A DNA stretch of 64,000 nucleotides. It comes from Candidatus Heimdallarchaeota archaeon. GTDB lineage: Archaea > Asgardarchaeota > Heimdallarchaeia > Heimdallarchaeales > Heimdallarchaeaceae. Positions 59,572-64,000 of this stretch are shown piece by piece (position 1 is the stretch's first letter; the number at the start of each line of letters is the position of its first letter). Under the pieces are notes generated by a model. It ran no database searches. It was not told where the DNA came from and saw only the letters and a program-made list of their open reading frames with translations. The translations under genes and the position numbers were made by a program. Location: NCBI GenBank assembly GCA_016840095.1, contig JAEOSZ010000011.1, forward strand, positions 27,506 to 91,505, written 5' to 3'.

Positions 59572-61489
59572 TTTAATAAACATTTTTACAAAAGAAAAAT
59601 TGGTAAAGCTAATGAGTAAGCCAGATAAGACACTTAACAAAGCAGTTGTTTACATTTTTATTGGTGTATTAATTATTTCATCAATATTTGCTGTAATGAT
59701 GTTTGGTCCCCGACCTGGCCCTCAAAGCAGTATTTTCAATACAACACTTAGATATTATACAAAGGGAACCCAACAGTTATACTATGGAGACTATGCAAAC
59801 TCTATGATACAAGATATAGGTGATTTAGGAATTGTTGTTACAGATTATTCTATGGAATATGCAATATTCTTAGATAATGTTATTGGATCTAAAGAATTTG
59901 ATATGGCAATTATTGAGCTTGAAGGACTCAATGCACCTCATCTAGAGCTATTGTTTAGAGAAGGTTCAAGTCTAAATGTTTTCAATTTTGCAGATAGTAT
60001 TGATGGTGGTTTAACAAACGAATTTATAGACAATATAACTCGAGAAATGGACTCCTATGAAAGGAAGAATCTTATTTACGACTTACAAGAGCATCTTATG
60101 GATAATGTAGTACCAATGATTCCACTTTTCACTCCAGCAAGAACCTTTGCATACTGGAATAATTTGGAAGGATTTACTAGTAAATGGGGAATATCTGATA
60201 GTTTGCCATATATGTCCTTTGATGGATTACACGATAATCAAGATTCAATCACAGAACTAAAGATCGGAATGGGTGGATGGTATGATCTAAATCCACTTAC
60301 TATGACTGAAGATGGTGAGAAGTTACTTGTTTCACTTATTATGGATAAACTAATTCATTTAGATGAAAAAGGGACTCCTACACACTATGGTTTGATAGAT
60401 AGCTGGGAATATGAAAATGATACTACTCTTCTGCTTCACGTGAGAAACGGTGTAAATTGGCAACCAGATGTAGAAGGAATTTTTCCTAGCGAACAAGTTA
60501 CGATAGATGATGTTATGTTCTCCTTAGATATGATTACAAGCCCGTATGCGAATCTGAATAACGAGATCTTTAAATGGATAGATTCTTATGAAGATCACAA
60601 TAGCACAACTATAGCTGTTTACATAGATTCAGATCCCGCTACTCCAGAGAAGGAACCTTATGCATTCGCACTTGAAGATTTGTCAATTTATCCTTTTCCT
60701 GAGTATTATCTGAATGTTGAAAGCACTATACAAGAAATTGTTAATTCTGCAAGATGGACAAAGTTTAGACAAAATCCATTTGGAACAGGTAAATATACTT
60801 TTAATGCAACAGATAGTCAGGTTGATCTTACTGCATCTTTGAAAAGATTCAACAATTGGCATGGTGTAGGTGTTGATCCAATTAAAATCCCAAATCTAGT
60901 TTTTGAAACAATAGAAGTTCAAACTTATCCTGAATCCTATGCTATGAATCTGGAATTACAAGAAGGAAGTAGAATAGATATAGCTGATTTTGGAAAAAAT
61001 CCAGCGATGGTTTTATCTATTCCTGAAGACAATTTTAATGTAGAATTCAAAGTAGAGAATTCTTTAGTTTTTGTGGCTTTTAATTTGGATAATGATATTT
61101 TTGGGGGAGCAAATAATTATGTCACAACAAGCGAACCTGGAGTTTCGAAAGCACTCGCAATTCGAAAAGCATTATCATATATGATACAAAAAACACTCAT
61201 GAATGATGCATTCCATGAGGGATTGTTTAATATTACAGATACTCCGATTTCGAGATATTTCACTGATTATTATTATCAAAGTGTTACAATATATCCATAC
61301 AGTGTTTCAGAAGCAATTAATTATCTTAATATAGCAGGATTCAATATCTCAACTGAAACAAATGGAACTACTGAAGAGTCTAGTTTTGAAATAGTTAGCT
61401 CATTATTATCTCTAGGACTCTTCACTACAATTATGATTACATTAAGAAAAAGAAAAACGAAAGGTGAATTAAATGAACCGTGTAAATGA
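59525..61489 (+). CDS. Family-5 (OppA/DppA-like) ABC substrate-binding protein, circularly permuted (probable start 59612)
   Basis: DLNP, SWEY, VTIDDVMFS, PFGTGKY, VAFN, IRKALSY, YSVSEAINYLNIAG; the usual C-terminal segment lies at the N-terminus; TM helices at both ends. Confidence 0.8.
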   Translation: MEEKDTFQEISCQRNSLINIFTKEKLVKLMSKPDKTLNKAVVYIFIGVLIISSIFAVMMFGPRPGPQSSIFNTTLRYYTKGTQQLYYGDYANSMIQDIGDLGIVVTDYSMEYAIFLDNVIGSKEFDMAIIELEGLNAPHLELLFREGSSLNVFNFADSIDGGLTNEFIDNITREMDSYERKNLIYDLQEHLMDNVVPMIPLFTPARTFAYWNNLEGFTSKWGISDSLPYMSFDGLHDNQDSITELKIGMGGWYDLNPLTMTEDGEKLLVSLIMDKLIHLDEKGTPTHYGLIDSWEYENDTTLLLHVRNGVNWQPDVEGIFPSEQVTIDDVMFSLDMITSPYANLNNEIFKWIDSYEDHNSTTIAVYIDSDPATPEKEPYAFALEDLSIYPFPEYYLNVESTIQEIVNSARWTKFRQNPFGTGKYTFNATDSQVDLTASLKRFNNWHGVGVDPIKIPNLVFETIEVQTYPESYAMNLELQEGSRIDIADFGKNPAMVLSIPEDNFNVEFKVENSLVFVAFNLDNDIFGGANNYVTTSEPGVSKALAIRKALSYMIQKTLMNDAFHEGLFNITDTPISRYFTDYYYQSVTIYPYSVSEAINYLNIAGFNISTETNGTTEESSFEIVSSLLSLGLFTTIMITLRKRKTKGELNEPCK

Positions 61490-62192
61490 AATAAATAATC
61501 TAAATCTAAAAGGAAAACCTATTATTCAATCTTTTAGTGGAAGTGGAGCAATAGGAACAATATTATCTACATTCCTTGTTAAATCTTTGAAAATGGAGCA
61601 AGTGGCAGTGGTTCATGCTGAAGATTTACCTCCTGTAGCAATAGTAAAGGATGGGTTAATTGAACAACCAATAAGAATATTCCAAAATGATCAAATCGCA
61701 TTGATGTCATGTGAGGTTTCTATACCCTACAGTGCTGTACCAGATTTTATAGAAATGTTAGTTGATTTCTATATTCAAAATGAAGTATCTTATATCGTTC
61801 CTGTAGGAGGATTGCCATCTATAATGACACCTTACGAAGAAATAAACTGCTATGGAATAGCCAGCAATGAAGAAACACTGACTTTTCTTGAAGAGAAAGG
61901 AGTTACATTTCTAGAAGAAGGAGTGATTTATGGAACAGTAGTTCAAACCTTAGAGCTCTGTAACACTAAAGGTTTTGATGCAAATTTCGCATTATTGGTT
62001 GAGTGTGATCCTAACATAACAAGTTATGATTCAACTAAGGTACTGGTTCAGAATCTGGCTAAGATTTTTGAGTTTGAATTTGATGAAGAGGAATTCGATA
62101 ATGTCACAAATATAATTAAATCAAGAATCTTAGAAAGCACAAAAATATTCAGAGAAGACACAATGGATAAAACAAGAGAAAGCCATTTGTAA
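61473..62192 (+). CDS. Proteasome assembly chaperone PAC2-family protein
   Basis: SFSGSGAIGTI, LPPVAIVKDG...PIRIF, VPVGGL, C-terminal HL. Confidence 0.85.
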   Translation: MNRVNEINNLNLKGKPIIQSFSGSGAIGTILSTFLVKSLKMEQVAVVHAEDLPPVAIVKDGLIEQPIRIFQNDQIALMSCEVSIPYSAVPDFIEMLVDFYIQNEVSYIVPVGGLPSIMTPYEEINCYGIASNEETLTFLEEKGVTFLEEGVIYGTVVQTLELCNTKGFDANFALLVECDPNITSYDSTKVLVQNLAKIFEFEFDEEEFDNVTNIIKSRILESTKIFREDTMDKTRESHL

Positions 62193-62296
62193 TAATTGAA
62201 ACTAAATTGTTGGTACTGTATTGCAATACTTCTAATGATTTGCTAGGTGAAAGTTGTTTTTTCACCAAAACTTTGAATTTGAAAAGAACGAAGATT

Positions 62297-62344
62297 TTTG
62301 TCGGAATAAAACGACTGCCGACAAATTACAAAAAAGTTTAAATA
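62297..62344 (+). promoter_or_regulatory. Archaeal promoter (BRE plus TATA TTTAAATA) preceded by an inverted repeat
   Basis: TTTGTCGG (62297-62304), 13-nt spacer, CCGACAAA (62318-62325); A-rich BRE; TATA at 62337-62344, about 23 nt before the structured region. Confidence 0.6.
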
Positions 62345-62366
62345 TGTTCAAGGTGAATTTTTACAT

Positions 62367-62731
62367 GGTTAATGGCAGGCTAGGTTAGTGCCCAATTGGA
62401 AGGTCAAAAAGGGACTGCAAACTGAACAGGAAGAGATATCCGATGCTTCTTCCCTCTAAGGGAAACTCAGGGACAAGGTTGAACCCCTTTTTAGATGGTT
62501 TGAACCCCCATTTGGGCTTAGTTAAGACCTCCTAAGCCTGAAATCCCCCAGAACCAGCATGTATTTGCTGGCATCAAACTTCGGTTTGATAAAAAAGGAC
62601 CAGACATCTTCTGTCTGCCAGAAAGGTTCGGTCTTGATGGACCAGATCCTGGAACCCCCAACCAAACCCCCGAAGCGTCGAGTTAGAATTTCCTTCCTGT
62701 TCAGGCAGAAAACCCTTTAGGGTTAACCTTC
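62367..62731 (+). ncRNA. Unclassified structured ncRNA with a long closing helix and BHB-like motif
   Basis: No ORF in the track and more GC-rich than the flanks. 62422-62433 pairs perfectly with 62693-62704; further pairings 62441-62449/62672-62680, 62415-62418/62705-62708 and 62408-62413/62713-62718; at least 7 internal hairpins including cUUCGg. G-U pairs indicate the + strand; promoter upstream, T-tract downstream. Confidence 0.72.
62668..62718 (+). repeat. Direct repeat copy 1 (3' arm of the ncRNA)
   Basis: 48/51 identical to 63449-63499. Confidence 0.95.
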
Positions 62732-62784
62732 ATTTTTTCCTGAAGTTCGAAAGATAAATAAGTAATTCTTACTTAGTTTTCTAG

Positions 62785-63462
62785 ATGAAAGGAGCTCGAA
62801 AACAGATTACATCATGCTGTGTATTTGTATTTATTTTCCTTTCAAGTCACTTACTATTTACTCAAGCTGCACTTTCAGGTTACACTATCTTTTCAAGAAT
62901 ATCATTAATTAACCTCCCACCTACAATTATTTATCGTGAGAATTATCCCAATCAAACTTTATTCGAATTTGATGGTACTTTGGAGATAATCAATAATTAT
63001 ACTCAAACGTTATCTATTACTTCTTCAACGACTTGTTTAGTTTTTTATACAGGAATCTTGTCTTTCGAAAATGAAACCTTATCAGGTACTATACGGGGAC
63101 CTGAACTCTGTGGTAATGCTTTTACTACCCATTATTTTGATCCAGGGATTACTGAAGGATATGTTCGTTTTAAAATATCAGTAAATAATACTCTCAGTTC
63201 TCTTCCTGATGGAAATTTTACTATATGGACTATCTTTGATGATAGTTCTGGAGAACATAGTTACATTCATTATCCTTCAATTATTCAAGTAAATGGTTCA
63301 GATATCAATGTAGTACATACTGGAGCTAATGAAAACTTTACTTTTCCTATTGAAACTTCTTCAACTCCAACAAGTACGATTGTCTTTTCAATGTCTATTC
63401 CATGTTTCTTAGGGATTCTAGTAATTCTTCTAAGGAAGTACGTAAAAACCCCGAAGTGTTGA
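62785..63462 (+). CDS. Secreted Ig-like surface protein with a C-terminal TM anchor
   Basis: Signal-like N-terminus, beta-rich domain with several NxS/T sites and a Cys pair (weakly BsuPI-like), Ser/Thr linker, TM, basic tail; the stop codon lies inside repeat copy 2. Confidence 0.7.
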   Translation: MKGARKQITSCCVFVFIFLSSHLLFTQAALSGYTIFSRISLINLPPTIIYRENYPNQTLFEFDGTLEIINNYTQTLSITSSTTCLVFYTGILSFENETLSGTIRGPELCGNAFTTHYFDPGITEGYVRFKISVNNTLSSLPDGNFTIWTIFDDSSGEHSYIHYPSIIQVNGSDINVVHTGANENFTFPIETSSTPTSTIVFSMSIPCFLGILVILLRKYVKTPKC

Positions 63463-63499
63463 GTTAGAAGTTCCTTCCTGTTCAGGCAGAAAACCCTTT
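63449..63499 (+). repeat. Direct repeat copy 2 of the ncRNA 3' arm
   Basis: 48/51 identical to 62668-62718; followed, like copy 1, by TTAACCTT and a T-tract. Confidence 0.95.
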
Positions 63500-63553
63500 G
63501 TTTAACCTTTTTTTCTTTTAACTATTCAAGCTTCAAAGTAAAAATAGTATGTT

Positions 63554-64000
63554 CTAAAGATTTGTTAGTTTTTCTTGTAGAACATTTCGTACTTCTGATA
63601 TATTCTCTCCAGTTTCATTTGAGACTCTTACAGCTGGCAGAACATTTTCTCCATACTTTCTGAATAAGGACTCCATTTTCTTCTTATCCTTTGTTCTCTG
63701 AAGCCCTTTACTGGTTTCACTGACATCTATATGTGATATAATCGGAAGTATTTCTGCCTTAGGAAATCTTCTGCGTAGGCTTTTTAGCCAATAACGAATC
63801 TTGTTGTCTTTGACGCTTCTACTTATATCAAGAACAATAATGAATATGGTTTCATTTGTCAGTGTAAGATTTTTAATTCTCCTGAAATATCTCTTTTCCC
63901 AGGTACTAGTTACGCAATAAATTAGTCCCTCCTGTTTTCCTTCTTCTAAGGAGATCTCATGAATATCTCCTATTTCTTGCCTAGCAATTTTTCTCTCTGA
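63554..64000 (-). CDS. C-terminal part of a degenerate Roc/small-GTPase-like domain protein (5' end outside the window)
   Basis: Manual translation of a 149-codon open frame: LTNETIFIIVLDIS...IRYWLKSLRRRFPKAEILPIISHID...VSNETGENISEVRNVL*. Confidence 0.65.
   Translation of the reverse strand, partial: SERKIARQEIGDIHEISLEEGKQEGLIYCVTSTWEKRYFRRIKNLTLTNETIFIIVLDISRSVKDNKIRYWLKSLRRRFPKAEILPIISHIDVSETSKGLQRTKDKKKMESLFRKYGENVLPAVRVSNETGENISEVRNVLQEKLTNL

Noticed and set aside
62652-62671. AACCCC motifs as a telomerase-like template
   Set aside because: Short, irregular C-runs and no reverse transcriptase in the window; resemblance is probably coincidental.
62367-62731. ncRNA as SRP RNA, RNase P RNA, 5S rRNA or tmRNA
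   Set aside because: No SRP helix-8 CAGG-GNRA-AGCA motif, even allowing permutation; GGAAGGUC and CAGAAAACCC only superficially recall RNase P CR-I/CR-V and give no proper P4; no 5S or tRNA-like fold.
62668-63499. CRISPR array or IS element
   Set aside because: Only two direct repeats 781 bp apart; no cas, transposase, integrase or terminal inverted repeats.

Overview
AT-rich, gene-dense archaeal chromosome segment, most likely from an Asgard archaeon (Heimdallarchaeia-like). This rests on several roadblock- and longin-like proteins, archaeal markers (XPD, Cgi121, AMP phosphorylase, COG1107 RecJ, PAC2) and many surface proteins anchored by a C-terminal TM helix plus basic tail. Most of it is housekeeping, metabolic and transport genes; I see no tRNA, rRNA, CRISPR array or transposase. 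Two loci stand out. (1) A translationally coupled four-gene operon at 31603-36417 looks like a complete SMC5/6-type complex: SMC ATPase, kleisin-like protein, Nse1/3-like KITE protein and a free-standing RING-like zinc protein. (2) An ORF-free, promoter-preceded, highly structured RNA of about 360 nt lies at 62367-62731. Its ends form a long closing helix with a bulge-helix-bulge-like motif, which predicts splicing-endonuclease processing into a circle of about 290 nt. Its 3' arm is repeated 781 bp downstream, just after a surface-protein gene. Other oddities: an ABC permease with an inserted beta-propeller, a circularly permuted family-5 solute-binding protein, a thioredoxin-DICT fusion, a membrane-tethered longin, three unannotated small ORFs and a degenerate Roc-like GTPase. 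All functional calls come from motif recognition by eye, not database searches.
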